Source: Chthoniobacterales bacterium (GTDB lineage Bacteria > Verrucomicrobiota > Verrucomicrobiia > Chthoniobacterales > UBA10450). Taken from it: a stretch of DNA of 64,000 nt. The position numbers and the translations under genes were made by a program. The stretch lies in the NCBI GenBank assembly GCA_035568035.1, contig DATMOU010000015.1, positions 28,026 to 92,025 on the forward strand. Reading direction: 5' to 3'. The notes below the pieces were generated by a model. It saw nothing but the letters and a program-made list of their open reading frames with translations, did no database searches and was not told the origin of the DNA. Of the stretch, positions 33,512 through 43,417 are shown piece by piece. Position 1 is the stretch's first letter. Every line of letters starts with the position of its first letter.

Positions 33512-36500
33512 ATGGGCGCGCTCCAAGCCGAAATCGAACGACGCGGCGAACGCATTTTTGAGCTGGTCGACGAGCATCCTGAACCGCTTTTCAGCAAGGC
33601 CGGTTTTTATCAACGAATGATGGCGCTCTCAATGCGCGACGAGCATTTCAAGGTGCAACTCTTTCGCTTTGTCGATGTTCTTGCGTCGCTTCATCGCGGA
33701 ACCGACATCGTTCAGCATCTCGACGAATACTTCGCGGATATGCAGAACGGTTATCGGCCGTTAATCCGGACCGGTGTGCGCGCGGCGTGGGTCGTGCCGT
33801 GGATAAGCGGACAGCTCTTGCGCTGGAACGTGTCCGGAATGGCCCGGCAGTTCATTGCCGGAAAAAATCCGCAGGATGTCTTGAAGACGCTGCGCAAACG
33901 GCGCGCCAGGGGAATCGGATTCACCGTCGATCTGTTGGGCGAAGCAGTGGTCAGCGAAAAGGAAGCCGCCGAATACACCACACGCTGCTTGGAGTTGCTG
34001 GAATATCTGGGCGACCAAACGCAAGGTTGGACCGATCCGCTGGGCAAGAATTCTGAATTGTTCCCGGTCGTTAATCTCTCGGTAAAAATTTCGGCGCTCT
34101 ATTCGCAGATGAATCCTGCCGCCCCGGCGGACGCGATTGCTCACCTCGCGCCGAAGCTGCGCCCGATCTTGCGGAGGGCGCGAGAACTGGGCGCGTTCGT
34201 AAACTTCGACATGGAAAGCTTCACGCACAAAAACGCGACCCTGGATTTGTTCAAAATGCTTTTCAACGAAGCCGAATTTCGCGATTGGCCTCATGCCGGC
34301 ATTGTTATCCAGGCGTATTTGGATGATGCGGAGGAGGATTTACGGGACCTTCTCGATTGGGGTCGCAAACGCGGCACGCGGTTCGCCGTTCGATTGGTGA
34401 AAGGCGCATATTGGGATTTTGAAAAAATAAAATCGCGTCAGAACGGCTGGCCCTGTCCGGTGTTTCTCCAAAAACCGGAGAGCGATTTCAATTTCGAGGT
34501 GCTTACCCGAATTTTGCTCGAAAACGAATCGATCGTCACAGCCGCGTTCGGTTCGCATAACGTCCGGAGCATCGCTCACGCGCAGGCGATGGCGGACCAG
34601 CTCGGCATCGATCGGAGCCGTTTCGAGTTCCAACTTCTTTACGGCATGGCCGGCCCGATCAAAAGGGCACTGGTCGAAATGGGTTATCGGGTCCGGGAAT
34701 ATTGCCCGGTCGGCGAGCTGTTGCCCGGAATGTCATATCTTGTGCGCCGCCTTCTGGAGAACACTTCAAACGAAGGGTTCCTCCGGGCGAAATTTTCCGA
34801 GAACGTTTCCGAAGACCAATTGCTGCGCGACCCGGCCGACCTCATTGGGCAAGGCCCTAACGGCGCGCACCGCGTCGAAGTAAACGGCGATGGCGCTTCG
34901 CTCGATGCACCACCAGGTGATACTTATGAGAACGCGCCGCTTGTGAATTTCGCTTACGAACAAAACCAGGAACGCATGCGCGCGGCAATCGAGCACGCGC
35001 GTACTCAACTCGGCCAGAAATATCCGATTGTCATCAATGGCGAAAAAATTTGGACCGACAAAACCATCGCGTCGATCAACCCAAGCGACCCCGATCAGGT
35101 CGTCGGCCACGTCGCCGAAGCCGGGATTCCGGAAGCAGAACGCGCGGTCAAGGTTGCGCGCGACGCGTTCGACAAATGGAGCCGGACTTCGTTTGAGACG
35201 CGTTGCCGATTGCTGGAACGCGCCGCGGATATCATGCAGCGCCGCCGCTACGAACTCTCGGCCTTGGAGGTTTTTGAAGTGGGCAAAGCCTGGGCCGAAG
35301 CGGACGGCGACATTCGGGAGGCGATGGATTTCTGCATGTTTTACGCGCAACAAATGCGCTTGATCGGACGGCCGCGGCTTACCCAGCACGTGCTCGGCGA
35401 AGAAAGTTATCAACATTATTGGCCGAGAGGCGTCGCTTTTGTCGTCGCGCCCTGGAATTTCCCGCTGGCGATTTTGACTGGAATGGCGACGGCTGCGCTG
35501 GTCACCGGCAACACCGTCATTATTAAACCCGCCGAACAGTCGGCCGTGATCGGCTCGATGTTGATGGAAATCTTCGAAGAAGCCGGAGTTCCACGCGGCG
35601 TTCTTAATTACCTGCCCGGCAAAGGCTCGGTGATCGGCCAGCGTCTCGTCGATCACAAAGACGTCGATCTTATCGCGTTCACGGGCTCGCGCGAAGTGGG
35701 TCTGCGGATTTGGGAAAGCGCCGGAAAAACGAAAGATGGTCAGCGCGAGCTCAAACGCGTGATCTGCGAGATGGGCGGGAAGAATGCCGTCATCATCGAT
35801 TCCGACGCAGACCTCGATGAAGCGATCCTCGATACGATTTACTCCGCCTTCGGTTATCAGGGACAAAAATGTTCGGCCTGTTCACGTCTAATCATTCTCG
35901 AAGATATCTATCCGCGGGCGATCGACCGCCTGCTTAACGCCGCCGCGAGTCTGCACGTTGGAAATCCCGAGGACCCAAGCGTCACGGTCGGTCCGGTAAT
36001 CGACGGCGCGGCCCACAAACGAATTCTGGAATACATCGAGTGTGGCAAACGAGAAGCCCGTCTCGCCTTTCAACGCGGGGACGTGCCGGCGAAAGGCTTT
36101 TTCATCCCGCCGACGATCTTCACTAACGTCAGTCCACAGACCAGGATTGCATGTGAGGAGATTTTCGGACCCGTGCTCAGTGTGATCAAGGTGCACGATC
36201 TTACCGAAGCGTTTGAGGTCGCAAACAGTACCGAATTCGCGCTGACTGCCGGATTTTTCTCGCGCAGCCCGGCTAATATCGAACGCGCCAAGGCTGAGAT
36301 TGTTGCGGGCAACGTTTACATCAATCGGTCATGCACTGGCGCCGTCGTCGGCCGTCATCCATTCGGCGGATTCAAAATGAGTGGCGGCGGCACCAAAGCC
36401 GGCGGTGCGGATTATCTCTTGCAGTTTGTTGTCCCGCGTGTCGTAACGGAAAACATAACTCGTCACGGATTCGCGCCCGAAACAACCCCCCCATACCGGG

Positions 36501-36529
36501 ACGAGTTCCTTTGGCCACCGCGGCGCTGA
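33512..36529 (+). CDS. putA: bifunctional proline dehydrogenase / L-glutamate gamma-semialdehyde dehydrogenase
   Basis: N-terminal PRODH barrel (..RLVKGAYWD.., ..YGM..) fused to an ALDH domain (..FTGS.EVG.., ..EMGGKNA.., catalytic ..GQKCSA..). About 1005 aa. Confidence 0.92.
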   Translation: MGALQAEIERRGERIFELVDEHPEPLFSKAGFYQRMMALSMRDEHFKVQLFRFVDVLASLHRGTDIVQHLDEYFADMQNGYRPLIRTGVRAAWVVPWISGQLLRWNVSGMARQFIAGKNPQDVLKTLRKRRARGIGFTVDLLGEAVVSEKEAAEYTTRCLELLEYLGDQTQGWTDPLGKNSELFPVVNLSVKISALYSQMNPAAPADAIAHLAPKLRPILRRARELGAFVNFDMESFTHKNATLDLFKMLFNEAEFRDWPHAGIVIQAYLDDAEEDLRDLLDWGRKRGTRFAVRLVKGAYWDFEKIKSRQNGWPCPVFLQKPESDFNFEVLTRILLENESIVTAAFGSHNVRSIAHAQAMADQLGIDRSRFEFQLLYGMAGPIKRALVEMGYRVREYCPVGELLPGMSYLVRRLLENTSNEGFLRAKFSENVSEDQLLRDPADLIGQGPNGAHRVEVNGDGASLDAPPGDTYENAPLVNFAYEQNQERMRAAIEHARTQLGQKYPIVINGEKIWTDKTIASINPSDPDQVVGHVAEAGIPEAERAVKVARDAFDKWSRTSFETRCRLLERAADIMQRRRYELSALEVFEVGKAWAEADGDIREAMDFCMFYAQQMRLIGRPRLTQHVLGEESYQHYWPRGVAFVVAPWNFPLAILTGMATAALVTGNTVIIKPAEQSAVIGSMLMEIFEEAGVPRGVLNYLPGKGSVIGQRLVDHKDVDLIAFTGSREVGLRIWESAGKTKDGQRELKRVICEMGGKNAVIIDSDADLDEAILDTIYSAFGYQGQKCSACSRLIILEDIYPRAIDRLLNAAASLHVGNPEDPSVTVGPVIDGAAHKRILEYIECGKREARLAFQRGDVPAKGFFIPPTIFTNVSPQTRIACEEIFGPVLSVIKVHDLTEAFEVANSTEFALTAGFFSRSPANIERAKAEIVAGNVYINRSCTGAVVGRHPFGGFKMSGGGTKAGGADYLLQFVVPRVVTENITRHGFAPETTPPYRDEFLWPPRR

Positions 36530-36537
36530 CCCAATCG

Positions 36538-36798
36538 TCAGTTTTTGCGGTACAGCTGCACGATCGTCACGATCATGTAAATCACTGGCCAGGCCGCCGT
36601 GGCGACGATAATCGCGAACACCGCCATCTCCTTCGCGCGCTCACGCGCTGATTCGATCAAATATTCGCGACCAAGATTGTGTCGACGGAATTGCCCATCG
36701 TCACTCCACCAGGGACCACCCGATCCCTTGAATCCGGCATGGAAGAAATAGTCGGTTCTCGGAAATCCTCCGCCTTCAATCTCCGGTTTCGGCTTCAC
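36538..36798 (-). CDS. small hypothetical tail-anchored membrane protein
   Basis: 86-aa ORF with a C-terminal TM helix (MAVFAIIVATAAWPVIYMIVTIV). Lies 37 nt downstream of the hydrolase gene. Confidence 0.4.
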   Translation of the reverse strand: MKPKPEIEGGGFPRTDYFFHAGFKGSGGPWWSDDGQFRRHNLGREYLIESARERAKEMAVFAIIVATAAWPVIYMIVTIVQLYRKN

Positions 36799-36835
36799 TC
36801 TCTCCGCTCCACAGCTTGGATCGTTCCAAGTTACA

Positions 36836-37669
36836 TCAACGATTCATCCAATTGATGATTTTGTCATGTCCGTGATTGAACACGGTCATGTGGTCGGCAC
36901 TTTTCACTGCAAGAAATTCCGTGAACGGAAATTCGCGGGCGAGCTCGCGCCCCATGCGGACCGGAATCACTTCGTCATTGGTACCGTGAAAAATTGCGAC
37001 GCGCACATTTGGATTGTGTCTCATCGTTTCCGCGAGATTTTCGCGATTGTCGTAGCTTTCGATCAGCAACCGCGAGATCCACCCCCCAAACATCGTCGTA
37101 GCCTCCTCGCGCAATGTTGTGAATGGCGCGATCAACACCACCCGCTCGACGTTGTGGCGCGCAGCGAAATCAAGCGCCACGGCCGACCCTAACGAATGAC
37201 CGATCGTGCAAAGCTTAAGATGATTTTCATCCGTCCGCAGTTCCTTGGTCAATGCGCCGAGCGCGGCGTCGACTGAGGCACGCGTGCTCGCGATCGTGGC
37301 GTAGCCGCCATTTTTGCCGTAGCCCGGATAATCGATCAACAGAAAGCCGTCGCCATTCCATGGATAATCGCGGAGAATGCTTGTCCAATCGAGCGCGAGT
37401 GAACCATTCCCGCAAAACGCGAGCCAAAGCCGCCTGGGCAGAGGCTTGGCGCCGGGAAGGAAATACGCGGAGCACTTCGCAGCTCCGACAGAATATTTGA
37501 TTTCCTCACTGTCGGCCGGCAGCGCGTAGGCATAACTATCATCGTACGGTCGCGGATGATAAACGAGTGAGTGCTGCCGAAAATACAGGAACGAGAGCGT
37601 CACCAGCAGAATCAGGAGGAAACCGGCGATCGAGCGAATGATTTTTCGCGCCACGGACTGCTTACGCAT
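36836..37669 (-). CDS. alpha/beta hydrolase
   Basis: N-terminal TM anchor, nucleophile elbow GHSLGS, and C-terminal ..DEVIP.. and ..ADH.. triad candidates. Confidence 0.8.
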   Translation of the reverse strand: MRKQSVARKIIRSIAGFLLILLVTLSFLYFRQHSLVYHPRPYDDSYAYALPADSEEIKYSVGAAKCSAYFLPGAKPLPRRLWLAFCGNGSLALDWTSILRDYPWNGDGFLLIDYPGYGKNGGYATIASTRASVDAALGALTKELRTDENHLKLCTIGHSLGSAVALDFAARHNVERVVLIAPFTTLREEATTMFGGWISRLLIESYDNRENLAETMRHNPNVRVAIFHGTNDEVIPVRMGRELAREFPFTEFLAVKSADHMTVFNHGHDKIINWMNR

Positions 37670-37760
37670 CGCCCCGAAACAACGTGCTCGCTACGGCGCG
37701 ATGCAAACCGATTTTGACTAACCGTGCTTATCGAGTTGGCTCTATTCAAATTCACAAGCA

Positions 37761-38426
37761 ATGCTTTACGTCGTCGCTACGCCGATCGGAAATCTTGGCG
37801 ACATTACGATGCGCGCGCTCGAAATTTTGAAGAGTGTTGATCTCGTCGCGGCCGAGGACACTCGACACTCAGGAATTTTGTTGAAGCGTCATGAAATCAA
37901 TAAACCGCTGATCAGTTATCACGAACACAACGAAGCGATGCGAACCGCGCAGTTGGTCGAGCGACTCGCGGCCGGCGAAAACATCGCCCTGATCAGCGAC
38001 GCAGGAACTCCGGGAATCTCCGACCCCGGCGCGCGATTGATCCGTGAGTGCATCAAACGCGAACTGCCGTTCACGATTGTTCCCGGACCATCATCAATTT
38101 TGACTGCTCTCGTCGGCTCGGGATTTTCGGCGGATAAATTCTTCTTCGGCGGATTTCTACCAATCAAGAGCGGTCAACGCCAACGCGAGCTCAGCGCGGC
38201 CGGGGCACGCGAAGAAACATCGATCTATTTTGAATCGCCGTACCGACTCACCAAGACGCTCAAAGCTTCGATCGATGTTCTGCAAGATCGACAACTCTGC
38301 GTCGCGCGCGAGCTGACCAAGAAATTCGAGGAATTTCAGCGCGGCACTGCGGCCGAACTCCTCGCCCACTACGAAGCGCGCCCTCCAAAAGGCGAGATCG
38401 TGCTGGTGATAGGTGGAACGCGTTGA
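37761..38426 (+). CDS. rsmI: 16S rRNA (cytidine1402-2'-O)-methyltransferase
   Basis: MLYVVATPIGNLGDITMRALEILKSVDLVAAEDTRHSG.. is the canonical RsmI N-terminus. Confidence 0.9.
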   Translation: MLYVVATPIGNLGDITMRALEILKSVDLVAAEDTRHSGILLKRHEINKPLISYHEHNEAMRTAQLVERLAAGENIALISDAGTPGISDPGARLIRECIKRELPFTIVPGPSSILTALVGSGFSADKFFFGGFLPIKSGQRQRELSAAGAREETSIYFESPYRLTKTLKASIDVLQDRQLCVARELTKKFEEFQRGTAAELLAHYEARPPKGEIVLVIGGTR

Positions 38427-38508
38427 TTGCTCGCTTCCCGCGAGCTCACCCTGTCGGGCTGCCCGTCCATGTCGCTCGGCTCCCGCCGGCTCCATTGTCC
38501 GCAACGGG

Positions 38509-38538
38509 TTCATCGCGCTCGGACAGCGCGATCCACCT
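38509..38538. repeat. family-C REP hairpin
   Basis: TTCATCGCGCTCGGACAGCGCGATCCACCT, between rsmI and rplU. Confidence 0.6.
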
Positions 38539-38606
38539 TTCGCCTTGCCAAGCCATACGTTCTGTGAGAATTTTCGCGGCTTTTTCTCCCCGGAATCGCT
38601 GATTTT

Positions 38607-38921
38607 ATGACCTACGCAATTATCATGACCGGTGGGCGGCAGTATCGGGTCGCGGAAGGCGACACGGTGGATGTCGATCTTCTCGACGTCGAACCGGGCA
38701 AAACTGCTACCTTCGAGGTTCTAATGCACATCGACGGGGGCAAGATCGGCGATGGCGGCAAGGTCACGGCCGAAGTGGTCGAGCAACGCAAGGACAAAAA
38801 GGTCATCGCGTTCAAATACAGGCGCCGCAAAGGATATCACCGCACCGTGGGTCACCGCCGCAAACTCACCCGGTTGAAAATCAAGAGCATTACCGGCGGC
38901 TCCAAGGCGAAAAAGTCCTAG
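38607..38921 (+). CDS. rplU: 50S ribosomal protein L21
   Basis: MTYAIIMTGGRQYRV..G..V.V... is the canonical L21 N-terminus. 104 aa. Confidence 0.93.
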   Translation: MTYAIIMTGGRQYRVAEGDTVDVDLLDVEPGKTATFEVLMHIDGGKIGDGGKVTAEVVEQRKDKKVIAFKYRRRKGYHRTVGHRRKLTRLKIKSITGGSKAKKS

Positions 38922-38960
38922 CGCTCAATTTTTCAATCCCTAGCAACTGAACTTCTTCAA

Positions 38961-39215
38961 ATGGCACACAAAAAAGGACAAGGCAGCGTTAAGAACGGCC
39001 GAGATAGCGTCAGTAAACGCCTCGGCGTCAAGAGATTTGGCAGCGAGATGGTTGTGGCTGGCAACATCATTGTCCGCCAGCGTGGCACGAAATTCATGCC
39101 GGGTAAAAACGTCGGTCTCGGCCGCGATTACACGATCTTCGCATTGGTCGACGGCAGCGTCCGATTCGATCGTGGCGGACGGCGTGTCAATATCGATCCA
39201 GTCGCGACGAAATAA
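38961..39215 (+). CDS. rpmA: 50S ribosomal protein L27
   Basis: [23 protein letters not shown]...[13 protein letters not shown] is the canonical L27 sequence. Confidence 0.95.
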   Translation: MAHKKGQGSVKNGRDSVSKRLGVKRFGSEMVVAGNIIVRQRGTKFMPGKNVGLGRDYTIFALVDGSVRFDRGGRRVNIDPVATK

Positions 39216-39261
39216 CTCCCCTTCCCGATTGGCCGCGAGTGCGGTATAACGGAGCGTTTCC

Positions 39262-39894
39262 ATGAAATACCGCACGTTTATTTTGTTCGGCGCGCCTGGG
39301 AGCGGCAAAGGAACCCAGGGAAAAACGCTCGGCAGCATTCCGCGTTTCTTTCATTGCCCGTGCGGGGATGTGTTCCGGTCGATCGATACGCGCACGAAAG
39401 TTGGAAAGGCTTTCCTCGAATATTCGAGCAAAGGCCAGCTCGTGCCGGACGACGTCACGGTGGAACTTTGGAAGGAAGCGATCGAAGCCGCGGTCGACGC
39501 CCACAAATTCAAGCCGGACATCGACATTTTGGTGCTCGACGGAATTCCACGAAACGTGAGCCAGGCCAAGATCATGCGCGATATGATCGACGTGGAGAAA
39601 GTTTTCCATCTCGCCTGTCCTGACCGCGAAACTCTATTTCAACGTTTGAAGAAGCGCGCCTTGAAAGACAACCGACTCGACGACGCGAATGAGGAAGTCA
39701 TCAAGAGGCGGCTCGACATCTACGAAACAGAATCAAAACCGGTGCTGAAGCACTATCCGAAGAAATGCGTTGCGGTGATTGACGCAATGCAGCCGCCCGC
39801 GAAAGTGTTGTTCGATATTTTAGCGAGCATAAACGGAATCAAGAGTGAACCAGCACCAGCACGAGCAGCCGCGGCAGCCGCAGTCGCAGTTTGA
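39262..39894 (+). CDS. adk: adenylate kinase
   Basis: P-loop ILFGAPGSGKGTQ, an NMP-binding region, and a short LID without Cys. Has an Ala-rich C-terminal tail. Confidence 0.85.
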   Translation: MKYRTFILFGAPGSGKGTQGKTLGSIPRFFHCPCGDVFRSIDTRTKVGKAFLEYSSKGQLVPDDVTVELWKEAIEAAVDAHKFKPDIDILVLDGIPRNVSQAKIMRDMIDVEKVFHLACPDRETLFQRLKKRALKDNRLDDANEEVIKRRLDIYETESKPVLKHYPKKCVAVIDAMQPPAKVLFDILASINGIKSEPAPARAAAAAAVAV

Positions 39895-40120
39895 AAATTT
39901 CACGGCATCGACTCTTTATTGCGAAAAATGCCGGGCAACAATGCCCGTCCGCGAGCGATTGCTTCTAGTTTTGCCGGACAAAGAGATTTTCGATTATCTG
40001 TGCACCCAGTGCGGTTCGTCGGTCGGACAACGTGAAGTGACTGGCGGCGAAAAAATGATGACACCGGCAATGCGGCCGAGGAGGCAAGTTCGCATCCCTC
40101 TTAAACCACGAAGTCGCTAA
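39845..40120 (+). CDS. hypothetical small zinc-ribbon protein with a basic tail
   Basis: CEKC..(25 aa)..CTQC four-Cys arrangement and a basic C-terminus (MRPRRQVRIPLKPRSR). The only in-frame start upstream of the first Cys pair is GTG 39845, which overlaps adk by 50 nt. Confidence 0.45.
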   Translation: MNQHQHEQPRQPQSQFENFTASTLYCEKCRATMPVRERLLLVLPDKEIFDYLCTQCGSSVGQREVTGGEKMMTPAMRPRRQVRIPLKPRSR

Positions 40121-40145
40121 GCAATCCGAGCCAGACTGGCATTAA

Positions 40146-41051
40146 ATGCGCATTGTCTTCATCGGTACCGGCGAAATCGGCGTGCCGACGTTGCGCGCGC
40201 TTCAAAATTCCGAGCACGACATCGTCGCAGTTGTGACTCAGCCCGACAAACCCGTTGGTCGCCAACAAAAAATCACGCCGCCGCCAATTAAAGCCGCACT
40301 CGCCGGCAGCAAGGTGTCTGTCCTCCAACCGGCGAAGATCAAAGATACTGCGGTGATCGAACAAGTCCGCGCCGTCGAACCGGATGTGATCGTGGTGATG
40401 GCTTACGGGCAGATCCTGCCGCGCGCGGTTCTTGAAATTCCAAAAGTCGCCTGTTTGAATCTGCACGCGTCGCTTCTGCCGCGTTGGCGCGGCGCCGCGC
40501 CGGTTCAGGCCGCAATTGCCGCCGGTGATCGCGAAACCGGGATCACCGTCATGTACATGGATGAAGGTCTCGATACTGGCGACATCCTGCTTCAACGCAA
40601 GACCGACATCCTGCCGACCGACATCGGTGCCTCATTGCACGATCGGCTGGCGGAAATTGCGCCCGATGCGTTGCTTGAATCTTTGCGATTGCTTGCAAGC
40701 GGCAATGCGCCGCGAATTCAACAAGATAAAACAATCGCGACCTACGCGCCAAAACTCGATCGTGAAGCGGGCCGGATCGATTGGAATGAGAGGGCAGAGC
40801 AGATTGAACGGAAGATTCGCGCCTACAGTCCGTGGCCTGGTGCATTCACAGAGTTCGATGGTCGAAAGTTAAAGGTTTTCGCCGCGTCGATTGTTGATCC
40901 TCAGGGCAAGCCCGGCGAAATCCTGCGCCGAGATCGAGAACTCGTTGTCGCGACGGCCGATCGGGCTTTATCGCTGACAGAGGTTCAGCTTGAAGGAAAA
41001 GGGCGAATGAAGACGGCGGAGTTCTTGCGGGGTCGCCATCTATCATCCTGA
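40146..41051 (+). CDS. fmt: methionyl-tRNA formyltransferase
   Basis: MRIVFIGTGEIGVPTL.., ..NLHASLLPRWRGAAPVQ.. and a C-terminal tRNA-binding domain. The last three codons and stop lie inside a MITE terminal repeat. Confidence 0.92.
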   Translation: MRIVFIGTGEIGVPTLRALQNSEHDIVAVVTQPDKPVGRQQKITPPPIKAALAGSKVSVLQPAKIKDTAVIEQVRAVEPDVIVVMAYGQILPRAVLEIPKVACLNLHASLLPRWRGAAPVQAAIAAGDRETGITVMYMDEGLDTGDILLQRKTDILPTDIGASLHDRLAEIAPDALLESLRLLASGNAPRIQQDKTIATYAPKLDREAGRIDWNERAEQIERKIRAYSPWPGAFTEFDGRKLKVFAASIVDPQGKPGEILRRDRELVVATADRALSLTEVQLEGKGRMKTAEFLRGRHLSS

Positions 41052-41149
41052 ACGAAGTGAAGGACCTCTCGTAGATTCGTTGGTCACACTTTCGTAGTTT
41101 GCATATTCCAATCTCTGACTGCGGGGTCCCTCGCTCCGCTCGGGATGAC
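41042..41149. mobile_element. MITE-like element, family B (inverted relative to the 19514-19623 copy)
   Basis: ATCATCCTGAACGAAGTGAAGGACCTC ... GGGGTCCCTCGCTCCGCTCGGGATGAC. The termini match the other copy, but the internal sequence is unrelated. Confidence 0.7.
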
Positions 41150-41200
41150 CAGCGTTTGTACTTTCCAAGACAGGCCTCCTCGCGTTTCATTTGCCCTGCG

Positions 41201-41947
41201 ATGAAGACCGAGGCGCCGGCCTACAAACGTGTTGTGCTCAAGTTGAGCGGCGAGGCTCTTCAGGACCGCGGCGCGCAAACGAAGGAAAACATTTCGCCCG
41301 CAGTTGTGCGCGAGATTGCCGAACGCATCAAGGAGGTCAGTCAGCTCGGGGTCCAGGTCGCAATCGTGATTGGCGGCGGAAATATCTGGCGCGGTTCGTC
41401 CGCAGCGTTGCGCGGAATGGACCGGACCACCGCGGACTACATGGGAATGCTGGCGACCGTGATCAACGCTCTCGCCTTGCGCAGCGCGCTGACGCAACTT
41501 GGAGCCGAGGCCCGCGTGCAAACGGCGATTGAAATGAAGAACGTAGCTGAGCCCTTCATTCTCGGACGCGCGATCCGTCACTTAGAGCTCGGTCGCGTGG
41601 TCATTTTCGCAGCCGGCACCGGCAATCCTTACTTCTCAACCGACACCACCGCGGCATTGCGGGCGAGCGAGATCGGCGCGGACGTGATCTTAAAAGCAAC
41701 GAAAGTGGACGGAGTTTACGATCGCGACCCAAACAAGGACTCGAACGCAAAACGATTCGACCGCATCAGTTTCAGCGAAGCGCTGGGCAGGCGGCTTCAG
41801 GTGATGGATTCGACCGCGTTCAGTCTTTGCATGGACAACAAGATCCCGATCGTCGTGTTCGACATGTACAGGTCGGGAATTTTGCGCGACGCAGTCCTCG
41901 GACGAAAAGTGGGCACGATCGTTTGCGACGAAACCGAGACCAAGTAA
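41201..41947 (+). CDS. pyrH: UMP kinase
   Basis: ..[13 protein letters not shown].., ..[11 protein letters not shown].. and ..[11 protein letters not shown].. The frame is open from 41099, but the conserved N-terminus starts at ATG 41201. Confidence 0.92.
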   Translation: MKTEAPAYKRVVLKLSGEALQDRGAQTKENISPAVVREIAERIKEVSQLGVQVAIVIGGGNIWRGSSAALRGMDRTTADYMGMLATVINALALRSALTQLGAEARVQTAIEMKNVAEPFILGRAIRHLELGRVVIFAAGTGNPYFSTDTTAALRASEIGADVILKATKVDGVYDRDPNKDSNAKRFDRISFSEALGRRLQVMDSTAFSLCMDNKIPIVVFDMYRSGILRDAVLGRKVGTIVCDETETK

Positions 41948-41959
41948 AAATCTACCCGC

Positions 41960-42520
41960 ATGAGCAGAGACGACATTCTTCTTGAAGCCGAAATGTCGAT
42001 GGATAAAAGCGTCGACTATCTCGTACACGAATTCTCCGGTGTCCGCACCGGCAAGGCGTCTCCCGCGCTGGTGGAAAACATCGACGTCCAGGCCTACGGA
42101 TCGACGATGAAGCTCAAACAGCTCGCGCTCATTACAACGCCGGAGTCGCGATTGCTGGTATTGCAGCCGTTCGACGCCGGGACAGTTCAGGACATTGAAC
42201 GCGCGCTCAAAGAATCAAAAATCGGAATTACACCGGCCGTCGATGGAAAGATTATTCGGTTGCCGATTCCCGAGTTGTCGGAAGAGCGCCGTAAAGAGCT
42301 GGCAAAGTCGTTAGGCAAAATGGCCGAGGAAGCGCGTGTCCACGTCCGTGGCAACCGGCGCACGGCCCTCGACGAAGCAAAAAAGCTGAAAGCCGGCGGT
42401 GGGATTAGTGAAGACGAAATGCGCGACCTTGAGGACGAGATCCAGAAACTGACCGACCGCTTCGTCAAGTCAATCGACGATCATCTCAAGCACAAAGAAG
42501 CTGAGATCATGAGAGTGTGA
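41960..42520 (+). CDS. frr: ribosome recycling factor
   Basis: Typical RRF sequence (..FSGVRTGKASPALVENI.V.AYGS.., ..ISEDE....E.EIQKLTD..). 186 aa. Confidence 0.93.
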   Translation: MSRDDILLEAEMSMDKSVDYLVHEFSGVRTGKASPALVENIDVQAYGSTMKLKQLALITTPESRLLVLQPFDAGTVQDIERALKESKIGITPAVDGKIIRLPIPELSEERRKELAKSLGKMAEEARVHVRGNRRTALDEAKKLKAGGGISEDEMRDLEDEIQKLTDRFVKSIDDHLKHKEAEIMRV

Positions 42521-42601
42521 AAAGATTTAACGATTCAGCGATTCAAGGATTTAACGATTACAATCGCTAACTCATTAAATCGCTAAATTCTCTACTCCTC
42601 G

Positions 42602-43417
42602 TTAGAGCCGGACTAAGTCGATCAGAAACTGGCACCAGAGGTAGATCATTCCCCGCCAGGAATACTTTACATCGCCCTCAGGCGTTGGCTTGAGCACGCC
42701 TTTGTGGATGTTGTGCGCGATCTGTTCCCGCAAATCACGCTCCATTTCCTTCTCGATCTTTTCCTCGTCCAACGCCTCAATCGCGTCGACCTGAATGTTA
42801 TTCTTCCGCAAAAATGCGCGGTGGCTCTGATAAAGCTGCCAGAACGATTGGTCCGGCCGTTGCCGATTGATCCGGAATTGTGGCGTTAATTTCAAGCCGT
42901 AGGACAGTGGATAATTCCAAGTCGTCCAGATGATCCCGGTCCGTGCGCGGGACGAAATTCGCAGATAATAAAACGAGAGATCGTGTTGCTCGTTCAGACA
43001 GATCGTCGCCTGGGCGCGATCTTCGGCTTTGTAAAATAGCCGGAAAAATTGCCGATAATCTTCCCAATCCCAGCCGGCGTCGGTAACGTGCACGAACCCT
43101 TCATTCTCGATCTCTCGCGTGATTTCGTTCAGCGTCGGGAATGTATCGCTCGAGGGCGGCGATTTTGGCCGGAGCTGTTTTTCTTTCGGCAAACGCAATG
43201 CGCGAATGCGGGTGAGAATTTCCACCCACGGCAGAAAAAACCACGCTGCGGCAGCAGCTGCACCTACGATGTGACTATCAGTGACAAAATAGAAGAACAG
43301 ATACGAAACGATCAGGATCGCGATAGCGCCAGCCTTTTGCGAAAATGAGCTTTGAAAACTGCGGAGCGCGACCGCAAGCGCTCCTACCCCGAGGAGGATA
43401 AAAAGCTTGAAAAGCAT
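42602..43417 (-). CDS. hypothetical membrane protein (three N-terminal TM helices plus a soluble domain)
   Basis: 271-aa ORF overlapping the glutaredoxin-like gene by 1 nt. No family recognised. Confidence 0.55.
   Translation of the reverse strand: MLFKLFILLGVGALAVALRSFQSSFSQKAGAIAILIVSYLFFYFVTDSHIVGAAAAAAWFFLPWVEILTRIRALRLPKEKQLRPKSPPSSDTFPTLNEITREIENEGFVHVTDAGWDWEDYRQFFRLFYKAEDRAQATICLNEQHDLSFYYLRISSRARTGIIWTTWNYPLSYGLKLTPQFRINRQRPDQSFWQLYQSHRAFLRKNNIQVDAIEALDEEKIEKEMERDLREQIAHNIHKGVLKPTPEGDVKYSWRGMIYLWCQFLIDLVRL

Noticed and set aside
34766-35866. 366-aa ORF antisense to putA. Similar long antisense or alternative-frame ORFs: 53862-54863 (- in acnA), 8645-9439 (+ in the Gfo/Idh/MocA gene), 55930-56721 (+ in the coiled-coil gene), 27824-28510 (alternative frame in dsbD), 16688-17332, 33761-34294 and 3020-3754.
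   Set aside because: Each lies wholly inside a gene with strong family-level motifs on the other strand or frame. Their translations are Arg/Gly/Pro-rich and low-complexity, which is typical of stop-poor shadow frames in GC-rich DNA. There is no independent start context.
38545-38571. Possible rplU promoter TTGCCA-15 nt-(TGT)GAGAAT.
   Set aside because: The spacer is short and the -10 is weak. It is plausible but not strong enough to list as a feature.
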